Assembly (NCBI GenBank): GCA_964624585.1
Contig: CAZUXE010000009.1
Span: 744 to 64,743, forward strand
DNA from: an uncultured bacterium
GTDB taxonomy: Bacteria > Hydrothermota > Tepidihabitantia > B3-TA06
Reading direction: 5' to 3'
DNA: 64,000 bases
Numbering within the stretch: the first letter of the stretch is position 1; every line of letters begins with the position of its first letter. Below the pieces are notes generated by a model that did not search any database, had not been told where the DNA came from, and worked only from the letters and a program-made list of their open reading frames with translations. The translations under genes and the position numbers were made by a program. Positions 39,417 through 49,160 of the stretch are shown in pieces.

Positions 39417-40055
39417 TTGGCTACTCTCCTTCAACTTTCTTTATTCTCAGCTTCAATATTTACATGGAGCGATTCCCTCTATCTTGAAATGTCCTTACTT
39501 GGGAAAACGCAGTACTATGCTGTAGGGGGGAAAATTGCGCAGTGGATATTTACGGATATTGCTGTGTATGAAAGGAATTCCCAATTGCGTTGGGTTATAG
39601 GAGTGCATTTGCTTTCACCTGATGTAAGGCGGCAAATTGAGTTTCTTGTAGATACTGTTGAAATAGATAGCGTTGATTCAGATGAACTGTATGCAGATAC
39701 TCGTTTTTGGATAAGAGGAACATCCTATGACCCGCAGTTTTTTCAAGGCCCATGGACGAAAATTGAGGGCAGCTTTGTAAAACTAAGGCCTTCGTTTACA
39801 GTAGATGTTCGCTATAATGCTCTAGGTTCCGGCACAAAGGCAATATATGGCACTCTGCTCTGTGGTGAAAATTTTGTCTTTCAAAGCGCATCAGGAGATT
39901 ACTGTTTGAATGCTCCTCCTGTTACAGGTGAAATGATAAGTTATGCACGTAAGCGAGCGCTTAGACTTTCAACAAAACTTGAGAATTTGCAAATCAGCGG
40001 TATACTTTATATTCATGATAATCGTCCCCATTTCTTTTACGCAACGGAGGAATAA
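39417..40055 (+). CDS. hypothetical protein (TTG start 3 nt after the HD gene stop)
   Basis: ORF only; no recognisable motifs; tight coupling to the HD gene. Confidence 0.35.
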   Translation: MATLLQLSLFSASIFTWSDSLYLEMSLLGKTQYYAVGGKIAQWIFTDIAVYERNSQLRWVIGVHLLSPDVRRQIEFLVDTVEIDSVDSDELYADTRFWIRGTSYDPQFFQGPWTKIEGSFVKLRPSFTVDVRYNALGSGTKAIYGTLLCGENFVFQSASGDYCLNAPPVTGEMISYARKRALRLSTKLENLQISGILYIHDNRPHFFYATEE

Positions 40056-40058
40056 TAA

Positions 40059-40952
40059 ATGGCTGAAGTTTTGAGCTTTCAAGACATAATAAGAAAATTA
40101 CAGGACTATTGGATTAGTAAAGGTTGTGTATTAATGCAACCTTACTCATCTGAAGTTGGAGCAGGTACCTTTAATCCCTCGACTTTTCTACGGGTACTTG
40201 ACGATAAAGCATGGCGATGTGTATATGTTGAGCCTTCTAAAAGGCCGCGTGACGGTCGTTATGGTAAAAATCCCTTGCGGGTTTATCAGCATTGGCAACT
40301 TCAGGTTATTCTCAAACCGGCGCCAACCAATGCCCAGGAGCTTTATCTGGACAGCTTGCGCGAGTTAGGAATACCGCTTGAAAAACACGATTTACGTTTT
40401 ACAGAGGACGATTGGGAATCCCCTACCCTAGGAGCTTGGGGTCTAGGTTGGCAAGTTGATATGGATGGTATAGAAATAACACAATTTACCTACTTTCAAC
40501 AGGTGGGTGGGCTTGATTTACCGCTTGTTCCTGTGGAATATACTTATGGACTTGCGCGTATCGCTATGTTCCTTCAGGGAGTTGATTCAATTACCGCAAT
40601 CAGATGGGGTGATATGGACGGAAAGTCCCTAACCTGGGGCGATGTATTTTTAAGGAATGAACAAGATTATTCAGCCTATTCCCTTAAAGAAGCTGATACC
40701 GCCTATCTACGTTATTCATTTGATCATTACGAGACGGAATGCCATAGGCTTGTTGAAAAGAATCTAGTAATGCCTGCATATGATGCGGTTATTAAATGTT
40801 CACATCTTTTTAATTTGCTTGATGCACGCGGAGCTATTTCTGTAACGGAGCGTGCCGCGACTATTCTTAGAGTGCGCAAGCTTTCAATGGCGGTTGCAAA
40901 GCTGTATAGACTTGGTCCTATTGAAGCTGAGGATGGGGTGAAAGATGAGTGA
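40059..40952 (+). CDS. glyQ: glycine--tRNA ligase alpha subunit
   Basis: [12 protein letters not shown]...GCVLMQPY...EVGAGTFNP highly conserved GlyQ N-terminus. Confidence 0.95.
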   Translation: MAEVLSFQDIIRKLQDYWISKGCVLMQPYSSEVGAGTFNPSTFLRVLDDKAWRCVYVEPSKRPRDGRYGKNPLRVYQHWQLQVILKPAPTNAQELYLDSLRELGIPLEKHDLRFTEDDWESPTLGAWGLGWQVDMDGIEITQFTYFQQVGGLDLPLVPVEYTYGLARIAMFLQGVDSITAIRWGDMDGKSLTWGDVFLRNEQDYSAYSLKEADTAYLRYSFDHYETECHRLVEKNLVMPAYDAVIKCSHLFNLLDARGAISVTERAATILRVRKLSMAVAKLYRLGPIEAEDGVKDE

Positions 40953-42996
40953 AAAGAAGTCCCTCCTTTTGGAAATAGGAGTTGAAGAGATACCGGCTTC
41001 GTATTTGAAACCGGCTGCTGCTGCTCTTCTGGATTTGTTGAAAAAGGCATTAATAACGCAAGGCATAGGTTTTAAGACTCCGGGAAAGTTCTACTACACC
41101 CCGCGTCGGCTCTCGCTTATAATTGATGACCTTGTTTCAGTGAGTGAGGAGAAGGTGGAGGAAAAGCAAGGCCCGCCTGCCAAAATTGCCAAAGACGCTG
41201 ATGGCAATTGGAGCATTCCTGCAAAGAAATTTGCACAAAGCCATGGGCTATCGGAAGATGAACTTTTCATAAAGGAAACAGATAAGGGGAGTTACATAAC
41301 TCTCAAGGTGAGAACTGGCGGTGAACAGACTAGCAAGGTTCTTATCGAACTTTTACCTGACTTACTTACCAAAATAGGATTTCCGAAAAGTATGCGTTGG
41401 CCGCAATCTGAATCGTCAACATTTGCCCGTCCTGTTCGCTGGCTATGCTGTTTATTTGGCAATGAGCTTATTGAATTTCGTTTTGCCGGACTTAAATCGT
41501 CGAATTGTACATATGGACATCGCTTTGCACATCCTGAAGCGATTACAATCAGGAATTCCCATGAATATTTGCAAAAGCTCAATGACGCATTTGTTATTGT
41601 CAATCCTGAAGAACGTCGCAGGCAAATTCTAGAAGAGCTTTCTAACGCGGCTGAGAAACTGGATGCTTCACTTGTAGCAGATGATGAATTGATTGATGAA
41701 GTGGTAAATCTTGTAGAATACCCAAAGGTACTTACTTGTAATCTTGGCGGTTTCATGGAATTGCCGCGTGAGGTTTTGCAAACAGCTTTAGCTAAACATC
41801 AACGCGCTTTTGTAGTTGAAAAAAATGCTAAACTCCTTCCATATTTCCTAATCGTTACCAATGCGCCAAAACTGGAACCTGAACTTGCAAAACTGTGGTT
41901 TGAGCGTATGGCGATCTCCCGTCTTGAAGATGCTGACTTTTTTATCAAAGAGGATCTAAGCAAAGGCCTTGAGGCTCTTGTTGAGGAGGAAGCCCGTGTT
42001 GAATGGATTAAAGGTATTGGTTCTCTTGCCGACAAAACTCGTTGGCTTATTGCTTTAGGTCTTTATATTGGGCAAGGCATCAAAAACTTCAATGCAGAGC
42101 TTTACAAACGCGCCGCTTACTTAGCTAAAGCCGATCTTTTAACTAATCTAGTACGCGAAAAGGAATTTACAAGCCTTCAGGGTGTTGCAGGAGCTATATA
42201 TGCAGAAGCTCTTGGTGAATTCTTTGAAGTTTGTCTTCCCATTCGTGAGCAGTATACCGATACGCCTTCTAGCCTTGAATCGGCAATTCTCGGCATAGCC
42301 GATAGGATTCTCAATATCTGTGCAACTTTCGCCATAGGCAAGCTGCCGAAAGGATCGCGCGATCCTTTTGCTCTGCGCCGTCAGTCAACAGCCCTTATAA
42401 AAATAGCTATTGATAACAGTTTGTATCTGGATGTTCCAAAGATAATCTCAAAAGTCTTTGCTCTTTTCTCTAAACAAGAAGATAACGTAGAACAAATTAC
42501 GGCATTTATGCAAGATAGGCTTCAACTTTATGCTAAGGATAAAGGTTTTCCATACGATTGGGTGAACGCGGTAATTACCGTTGCCGGAGCAAATCCATAC
42601 GACGCTTATCTTAGACTTGATGCTTTTCGTGAACTTAACAAGGGAGAAGAATTTAAGCTCCTTGCCGTGGGTCAGAAACGGGTCGCTAATATAACCAAGG
42701 AAGTGTTTAATGCACCCTTAACTGATGCAAGATTGTTCAAACAAGAAGAAGAGAAAGCCCTTTGGGAAAAGCTAAATTATATTAAGCCCGAATTAAAATC
42801 ATCGTTAAAGTCTCGTAACTACAAAAAAGCTTTAGAATTATTGTTGGCTATGAGACCTGTAATTGATAACTTTTTTAACGAAGTTTTTGTAATGGTTGAC
42901 GATAATAATTTAAGAGAAAACCGTCTCCATCTTTTGAATGCTGTTAAAATGGAATTCCTTAAAGTTGCAGATTTTTCACAAATTGTAGCTGAATAG
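40945..42996 (+). CDS. glyS: glycine--tRNA ligase beta subunit
   Basis: [12 protein letters not shown]...YTPRRL start typical of GlyS; 8-nt overlap with glyQ. Confidence 0.9.
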   Translation: MSEKKSLLLEIGVEEIPASYLKPAAAALLDLLKKALITQGIGFKTPGKFYYTPRRLSLIIDDLVSVSEEKVEEKQGPPAKIAKDADGNWSIPAKKFAQSHGLSEDELFIKETDKGSYITLKVRTGGEQTSKVLIELLPDLLTKIGFPKSMRWPQSESSTFARPVRWLCCLFGNELIEFRFAGLKSSNCTYGHRFAHPEAITIRNSHEYLQKLNDAFVIVNPEERRRQILEELSNAAEKLDASLVADDELIDEVVNLVEYPKVLTCNLGGFMELPREVLQTALAKHQRAFVVEKNAKLLPYFLIVTNAPKLEPELAKLWFERMAISRLEDADFFIKEDLSKGLEALVEEEARVEWIKGIGSLADKTRWLIALGLYIGQGIKNFNAELYKRAAYLAKADLLTNLVREKEFTSLQGVAGAIYAEALGEFFEVCLPIREQYTDTPSSLESAILGIADRILNICATFAIGKLPKGSRDPFALRRQSTALIKIAIDNSLYLDVPKIISKVFALFSKQEDNVEQITAFMQDRLQLYAKDKGFPYDWVNAVITVAGANPYDAYLRLDAFRELNKGEEFKLLAVGQKRVANITKEVFNAPLTDARLFKQEEEKALWEKLNYIKPELKSSLKSRNYKKALELLLAMRPVIDNFFNEVFVMVDDNNLRENRLHLLNAVKMEFLKVADFSQIVAE

Positions 42997-43040
42997 GGTA
43001 GTTTGATCTCTTTCCTCAGGCGCTGGAATATTTTGAAAGA

Positions 43041-43069
43041 AAAAGGGGCTTTTTGCCCCTTTTTCTTTT
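43041..43069. terminator. bidirectional Rho-independent terminator between convergent glyS and the TolB-like gene (aaaaGGGGCtttttGCCCCtttttctttt); a second hairpin GGGACGC..GCGTCCC lies at ~43075-43105
   Basis: Hairpin flanked by A-run and T-run, so it can function on both strands. Confidence 0.7.
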
Positions 43070-43111
43070 GTGTAGGGACGCAACCCCTCCGGGCGTCCCT
43101 GTTAAAAAATC

Positions 43112-44059
43112 CTACGGTTTCCAGGCTGGATTACGATTGTAGAAGTCGTTCTTTACAAGGGTATAGGTTTTTTGGTTTGATAAATCCATAGCCTCCAGAT
43201 ACATTCTATCCCAGAACTTGTCAATACGTTTCGTACAGTAACAGAGATATTTTCCATTAGGGGATACCCTGGGATCACCAAACGTACATTTTTCATCCTG
43301 AACTATGGTTTTAACATCAGAACCGTCGGTTGCATTCATCGAATAAATCCAGTAGCGTTTAGCCTGCAATCCGTCATCGGGATTGTTTTCTCTATCTGAA
43401 GCAAAGAATATTCGTTTGCTGTCAGGAGACCAGCCAGGATTGATGTCTTCGATTCTTGAATTATTAGTGAGTTGGATAGATTCTCCTGTGCTTAAATTAT
43501 ATACAAAGATTTCGGAATATCCTTTAACGTACATGGCGTAGGCAAGACGAGTTCCATCAGGAGACCACGCAAGATAAGCTTCCGCTCCTGGTGTTTTAGT
43601 TAGTTGCTTTAATTTTCGGGATTCGATATCCATCAGATAGATATCTTTTTGCAATGGTTCAGGTTCCGATATAAAAGCGATAAGGTTTCCTTCAGGGTTG
43701 AAGGTAGGGTAACCGTCAAAGAAATCGTTTTCTGTGAGTTTGGTTTCCTGCTTACGGCCAACATCCATGAGGTATATTTCATAGTTGCCGTTACGAGTGC
43801 TGGCGTAAACCATTCTGCCGTTTTTAGCCCAATCTATCCAGGTATTCTCAACCTGTTCTCCTTGGGTTTTCGTTAGCTGGATTTCTTTAGTGTTGGGAAG
43901 ATTTAGATAGTATATGTCATAGGCTCCATCATTCTCCATGGAACTTGAGAAAGCTAGTTGTCCCGTTAAATCATCAGGAATTGAGTTGCATCCGGTAATT
44001 AAGAGAACAACCGAAGCTACAATCAATATACGATAGATATTTTTCATTAACGCCTCCAA
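43112..44059 (-). CDS. TolB-like / PD40 WD40-like beta-propeller lipoprotein (start may be the MKNIY Met at 44047)
   Basis: LLITGCNS lipobox; repeated PD40 motifs (..SPDG..laf....g...iy.......l..lt). Confidence 0.6.
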   Translation of the reverse strand: MEALMKNIYRILIVASVVLLITGCNSIPDDLTGQLAFSSSMENDGAYDIYYLNLPNTKEIQLTKTQGEQVENTWIDWAKNGRMVYASTRNGNYEIYLMDVGRKQETKLTENDFFDGYPTFNPEGNLIAFISEPEPLQKDIYLMDIESRKLKQLTKTPGAEAYLAWSPDGTRLAYAMYVKGYSEIFVYNLSTGESIQLTNNSRIEDINPGWSPDSKRIFFASDRENNPDDGLQAKRYWIYSMNATDGSDVKTIVQDEKCTFGDPRVSPNGKYLCYCTKRIDKFWDRMYLEAMDLSNQKTYTLVKNDFYNRNPAWKP

Positions 44060-44145
44060 TAAGTTTAAATGAATATATACCGTAGCGGTGTAATTGTCAA
44101 GTCTTGTTGATTCGTTTCAGGTGAATCTATATGTAAAATTGATGA

Positions 44146-45837
44146 CTAAAATTTAAGTTCTTTTTGTAAAGTTTCATGTACTATGGCTGTAACATTGTTA
44201 ACCGCTTTGCGTACCTCATCAAGGAATTTTGTCGATTCATTAAGAAGTTCTTTTGCCTTAGCCTTGTCTGTAAGACCGGGTACGTTAATCATTACGTTGT
44301 CGTGTGCTCCTTCGGCAGCCGCTCTTGCTTGAGCAGCCGCTGTAGAAACATCAGAAATAGAATTTTTATTACCTTTTTTAGCAGTTTCCTTGGCAAGTTC
44401 AAGAACCTTTAACATTTTACGTACCACAGATAACGGCACTTCAACAGCGTTTAAGGTGGCGGCCTCTAGAGCTTTAGCGCGTTCTGCTTTCTCTTCATCA
44501 GTTTTTTTCTTCATGCGTGATGCAGCCATTAGTGTATTGAATGCGTCAGTATCCCTATCAATAGTGGCGTTGAGTTCATCTTTGAGCGCTTGAGCCTCAA
44601 CAGCAACCTTTTCCATATCTTCCCATACATCTTCATATCCCTTCTTGCCGTGAGTCAAATTAGCTACCATTGAGACCAAGGCCGCTGCCTGGGCGCCAGA
44701 TACTGCTGCAACTGAACCGCCTCCTGGGGCAGGAGAGTCGGATGATAACTCGTCAAAGTAGGCGTTGAGTTTCATGCCTTCTAGCCAACTTTCTTTTGCC
44801 ATGAAGTATTCAACTATCTTTTCTTCGGGCTTGAATGGATAAAGTTCGCTAAGCCCAAGAGACAAAACTGCGTGGTGAATAAGTTCAGATTCAGGTACTC
44901 CGGTGGATTTTCCCATTTTTCTTAAATAATGACGTCCGGCTTCCAAAAGGGCTTGTTTTGGTATAAGTCCTACAAGCTCTGAGCCTGTGATACGTGCGCC
45001 ACGTTTTTCAGCTTGCTTGACACATTCGTCAAAAACCTTGTGGATTGGCGTAATTTTGTAATTAGTAAAGTTTATCGATATCTGCGCTCGGCCGTACTCT
45101 TCAATAACCCAACCTACAGCTTTGCAATGAGTAAAAAGACCGGGTTTTTTAATGGCTCTACCAGCTTCATCGCGAATTATCTTTCCGTCAGAATCCCTTT
45201 TAGCCCTTCCTTTCTCCCTTATATCTAATGCAATGTCGTGAGCAATCTTGCGGTCACGGGTATTTAGGTTGAAATTATAAGCGATAAGAAATTCACGTGC
45301 GCCAACTGCTGTAGCTCCGGTTTTAGGATTAAATTCGGCAGGGCCGAAGTCAGGTTTCCAGTAGTCGGCTTCAGTACCTGTAAAACGACTGGCAAGTCCT
45401 TCGTATTGACCTTTTCTAACATTGGCAAGGTTTTTCCAATCATCCTTGGATGCCGCTTCTTCGTATAAATAAACAGGAATAGAAAGTTCCTTACCGATTC
45501 GCTTGCCTACTTTACGAGCTATTTCAACGCAATCTTGCATACTTACGCCTGAAACCGGTACAAAGGGACAAACGTCTGTTGCTCCCATACGGGCGTGAGC
45601 GCCTTTATGATTACGCATATCAATAACTTCAGCAGCTTTTTTCACTACCTGAAACGCGGCCTCTGCCACCCCTTCGGGTGAGCCGATGAAGGTTATAACC
45701 GTGCGGTTGGTTGCCTCACCAGGATCTACGTCAAGCAGTTTAACGCCTTTAACCTTTTCAATTACGGAGGTTACAGCGTCAATCTTCGCTTTGTCCCTAC
45801 CTTCGCTTATGTTGGGTACACACTCGACAATCTTCAT
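44146..45837 (-). CDS. ftcD: bifunctional glutamate formimidoyltransferase / formimidoyltetrahydrofolate cyclodeaminase (FTCD-like)
   Basis: N-terminus MKIVECVPNISEGR... formiminotransferase domain (~325 aa) followed by a helical cyclodeaminase-like C-terminal domain (~200 aa). Confidence 0.75.
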   Translation of the reverse strand: MKIVECVPNISEGRDKAKIDAVTSVIEKVKGVKLLDVDPGEATNRTVITFIGSPEGVAEAAFQVVKKAAEVIDMRNHKGAHARMGATDVCPFVPVSGVSMQDCVEIARKVGKRIGKELSIPVYLYEEAASKDDWKNLANVRKGQYEGLASRFTGTEADYWKPDFGPAEFNPKTGATAVGAREFLIAYNFNLNTRDRKIAHDIALDIREKGRAKRDSDGKIIRDEAGRAIKKPGLFTHCKAVGWVIEEYGRAQISINFTNYKITPIHKVFDECVKQAEKRGARITGSELVGLIPKQALLEAGRHYLRKMGKSTGVPESELIHHAVLSLGLSELYPFKPEEKIVEYFMAKESWLEGMKLNAYFDELSSDSPAPGGGSVAAVSGAQAAALVSMVANLTHGKKGYEDVWEDMEKVAVEAQALKDELNATIDRDTDAFNTLMAASRMKKKTDEEKAERAKALEAATLNAVEVPLSVVRKMLKVLELAKETAKKGNKNSISDVSTAAAQARAAAEGAHDNVMINVPGLTDKAKAKELLNESTKFLDEVRKAVNNVTAIVHETLQKELKF

Positions 45838-45970
45838 CTATGCCTCCTTGGGGATTTTAGCCTGATTCTACTTAGGTGAATCGCGAAGTCAAGAACGACG
45901 TATTTTCAACTATCGTTTACTTTAACTTTCAATCAAAATATGTATGTGCGCAGTTGTTGGGAAGAGTATT

Positions 45971-47236
45971 TTAGCGTCCCATGCGGCGGTAGTAATCATC
46001 TATAAGTTCTTGGACTGTACGAAGTTCTATCTCTACTCCGTCATCCAGTTTGATGCGTGCTACTTCCTCGTGAGCGGTTTTGGCAAAGGAGAAAGCTACA
46101 ATAATGCCTTTTGTACGTTTTTCACTACGAACAGCGGAATGAAATTTCTGCACCACTGGTCTACCTACACGTTCAGATTGTTTGACTTCAACGGGATTAT
46201 GGCCGAAGTCATGCCCGTCTATACCGTGGTCGCCGGATTTTCTACGTGAGCAAGTGCCGTGAAGCAAATCAACTATGACGTAATTCTGAAATTCAAAAGG
46301 TTCCATACCTTTAAGTTCATCTATAGTAACCGGCATACCAATTATTTCAACATTCCTATCATCTTTAATAAGTTTTGCCACCCTGCGCCGCGCAAGTTTA
46401 CAAGCAACAGGTGAAACATCACATCCAATCCAACGACGGCCAAGGCGCTCGGCTACAGCAATGGTAGTACCTCCTCCCACAAAGAAATCGGCAACTACGT
46501 CGCCTTCGTTAGAAGAGGCTTTAATAATACGTTCAAGTAACTCTTTCGGTTTTTGAGTAGGGTAGCCTAAACGTTCTTTTGATTGAGATTGAATACTATT
46601 GATATCTGTCCACCAATCTTCAGGGATTTTAGGTTCGTCAAGATAATATCTATAGTATTTCCCAGTAGATTTGACTAACTTATCTTGGTATTTTCTTCCA
46701 TTTTCATCAACACCCATTTTCCCACCAAAACTTTTTTCACCCGTATCCCTTGTGAAACCTACAGTTTTTCCATCAAAAAACCATTCGTTTGACTTTGAGT
46801 AAAAAAGGAGTGAATCATGTTTCCTTGCCCAGTGTCTTTGGGATTTTCCTCCGACATTGTAACACCAAATGATTTCGTTAAGGAAGTTTTTCATTCCAAA
46901 GATATTATCCATTTCGCATTTGACGTAGTGTACCGCGTGCCAGTCGAGGTGAACGTAGATAGTTCCGGTAGGCTTAAGTAAGCGGTGCATTTCCATAAGA
47001 CGTTCCTTCATCCATTGTACGTAGACGTTGATGCCGCCTTTCCAGCGGTCGCCGAAGGCACGAAGTTCAGCTCCGTTGCCCCATATTATTTCGTGTTGTC
47101 GATTGGAAAAGAATGGGGGGTCAATATAAATCAAATCAATGGATTCGGCAGGTAGACGTTGCATGACCTCCCAATTATCCCCACAGTATATAACACCGGT
47201 ACGGAGTGTATCTTGTTTTTCAACCTGCTTGGACAT
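45971..47236 (-). CDS. DNA methyltransferase (beta-class N6/N4; DPPF then FVGGGTT) fused to a C-terminal Mrr-like PD-(D/E)xK nuclease domain
   Basis: IYIDPPFFSN (motif IV), YPTQKP, VVADFFVGGGTT (motif I); C-terminus GDHGIDGHDFGHNPVEVKQ...QKFHSA resembles Mrr_cat. Confidence 0.7.
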   Translation of the reverse strand: MSKQVEKQDTLRTGVIYCGDNWEVMQRLPAESIDLIYIDPPFFSNRQHEIIWGNGAELRAFGDRWKGGINVYVQWMKERLMEMHRLLKPTGTIYVHLDWHAVHYVKCEMDNIFGMKNFLNEIIWCYNVGGKSQRHWARKHDSLLFYSKSNEWFFDGKTVGFTRDTGEKSFGGKMGVDENGRKYQDKLVKSTGKYYRYYLDEPKIPEDWWTDINSIQSQSKERLGYPTQKPKELLERIIKASSNEGDVVADFFVGGGTTIAVAERLGRRWIGCDVSPVACKLARRRVAKLIKDDRNVEIIGMPVTIDELKGMEPFEFQNYVIVDLLHGTCSRRKSGDHGIDGHDFGHNPVEVKQSERVGRPVVQKFHSAVRSEKRTKGIIVAFSFAKTAHEEVARIKLDDGVEIELRTVQELIDDYYRRMGR

Positions 47237-47330
47237 AATCGATAATACTTAATCGCAATAGGTTTGTCAATCAAGGGTAAAGGCATCATCTTTCCCTTTA
47301 TCCTTCCATCCAAGAGGAGAGAGGATATGC

Positions 47331-49160
47331 CTACAGTATTTCCTCAGGATCGATCTCAATACGCCAGCCTGATTTAAGCAAAGTTGATGCGTTCATTATA
47401 TCTTGTGGCGATAGGTCACGACGGAGTTTTACTAGTAGAGATGTTCTATTTCTTCGACCGGTATATGGACCCAGAATCTGTAGGCCGTCTCGTTCAAGCA
47501 AGCTAATCAATTTTTCAGGAGTCCACGACTTTTCAAGCTTGCGTTCAAAAAGAATAAGGCGGTTATAGGGCGGATACCCAAGTTCCCTACGTCTGCGGAT
47601 TTCCGACTGAAAGAATCGTTCGTAATCGCCCTTAAGCGCCCATTCAAGTAAGCTGTTCTTAGGACGAAAGGTTTGTACAATCAACCGTGATTCTGACGAT
47701 GAAACAAGAATGCGACGCAGATAGGCCAGATTGCGAAATGCACGTTCGCTTGAGCGAAAATCAGGTTGGCTCAACTCGGTGTCCCACGAAAGGAAAGCGC
47801 ATACCGCAACCCGCTGAGGGAAATATTCTAAAAGAGCGCTGGTTCCAAAAATGATATCTGCGGTTTCAACTTGTTCAATGGAAGGTCTTTGTTCGGCATT
47901 TATTTGACAAAGCTTTGATGATGGAAAGCTTTTTGAGAGTTCAGTTGAAAGGGCTTTGAGTCCAAGAGATAACTGCTTCCAGTTTGCACCAGAACATTGT
48001 GGACATTTTTCAGGTGCAGACTGCTGTTTTTTACATATAGGGCATAGTAGAGCCTTACCATGGGCTATAAATTTCATAGGAACCCCGCATTTAGGGCAAG
48101 AGATGGTTTGTCCACAGTCAAGGCAGATTAATTTGGAAGCTGTACCAAGGCGGTTGAGAAGGATAACGCTTTTCATACCCCTTTGACGGCATTCGCTCAT
48201 TTGTTTGAACAATGGTCTGGATAATAAAATACTATCGGGTTGATTTTTTAAGTCAACAAGTATTGCTTTTCCTTTTTGAGGCGATTTTCTTTCTATTGAT
48301 AGATATTTACCTGCACGAGACTTATGTGAAGTAAGCATTCGTGGAGCCATAGAAAAAGAGATGATTTGTGATTTTTCCAATTCAGCCCTATATATTGCAG
48401 AATCCGCCGCATTATAGTGTAAATGATGGGAACGCACCCGATGTGAGGAGGCATCTTCGTCAAAAACCACTATCAATCCCAAATTATTGAAGGGAAGTAA
48501 AACCCCTGAACGTAATGCTGCAACTAACGGAACTATTTGCTTACGTACCCCGAACCATGTTTGTCTTCTTTCAGTCATAGATAGATTTGAGTGGTATAGT
48601 GTAACGGGAAGGAATGAGGAGAAACGCGCTGAAAATCGCGTTAATGCGGGTTCGGAAGGTAACAAAATAAGCGCCTGACGTGAATTACGGATAGTGCGTA
48701 GACATAGTTCAACAATCAGAGCAGTGTAGTCTGCTGATGAAGTTAAAATCACCGGTTTTGTTGATTTCTCAAATAATTCAAGTATTTCCTTTTCATCAGG
48801 CCTTAGCTTAAGAAAGCTTTTTGAAGGTATGGGGGAAGGAGTAGGGTACTTTTTAGGGGGACGATGGATATCCTTTGGCAGAGCCAAACCGAGGGTCTCT
48901 CCCATAAAGGCAAGATGTTCTGCAGTCAGTATATGGCACAGTTCCAAAAGCGAGGGGGGGAATGCTTGTTGGGAAATTACCTCTTTGATATCCTTCAGTT
49001 TCTTAGTGTCGCAGTATTTCTCAATACTTACGATAACCGCAGGAACCAATGAGTTGCCGAGAGGCGCTTTAACTAAATCGCCAATACCTAAATTAAGAGA
49101 ACTGCTGTAGAGGAGTCCATCCAAGGGACGCCATAGAGGTACAGCGCGAGCATAAATCAA
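47331..49160 (-). CDS. priA: primosomal protein N' (PriA) homolog with degenerate ATPase/helicase motifs
   Basis: Colinear with E. coli PriA (3'-binding domain, lobe 1, Cys-rich zinc region CPKCG...CPIC...CPQCSG, C-terminal domain); Walker A GSGKT replaced by SSADYT, DEEH by DEDA, GSATP by FSMAP, QxxGRxGR by ERAFRNLAYLRR. Confidence 0.7.
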   Translation of the reverse strand: MIYARAVPLWRPLDGLLYSSSLNLGIGDLVKAPLGNSLVPAVIVSIEKYCDTKKLKDIKEVISQQAFPPSLLELCHILTAEHLAFMGETLGLALPKDIHRPPKKYPTPSPIPSKSFLKLRPDEKEILELFEKSTKPVILTSSADYTALIVELCLRTIRNSRQALILLPSEPALTRFSARFSSFLPVTLYHSNLSMTERRQTWFGVRKQIVPLVAALRSGVLLPFNNLGLIVVFDEDASSHRVRSHHLHYNAADSAIYRAELEKSQIISFSMAPRMLTSHKSRAGKYLSIERKSPQKGKAILVDLKNQPDSILLSRPLFKQMSECRQRGMKSVILLNRLGTASKLICLDCGQTISCPKCGVPMKFIAHGKALLCPICKKQQSAPEKCPQCSGANWKQLSLGLKALSTELSKSFPSSKLCQINAEQRPSIEQVETADIIFGTSALLEYFPQRVAVCAFLSWDTELSQPDFRSSERAFRNLAYLRRILVSSSESRLIVQTFRPKNSLLEWALKGDYERFFQSEIRRRRELGYPPYNRLILFERKLEKSWTPEKLISLLERDGLQILGPYTGRRNRTSLLVKLRRDLSPQDIMNASTLLKSGWRIEIDPEEIL

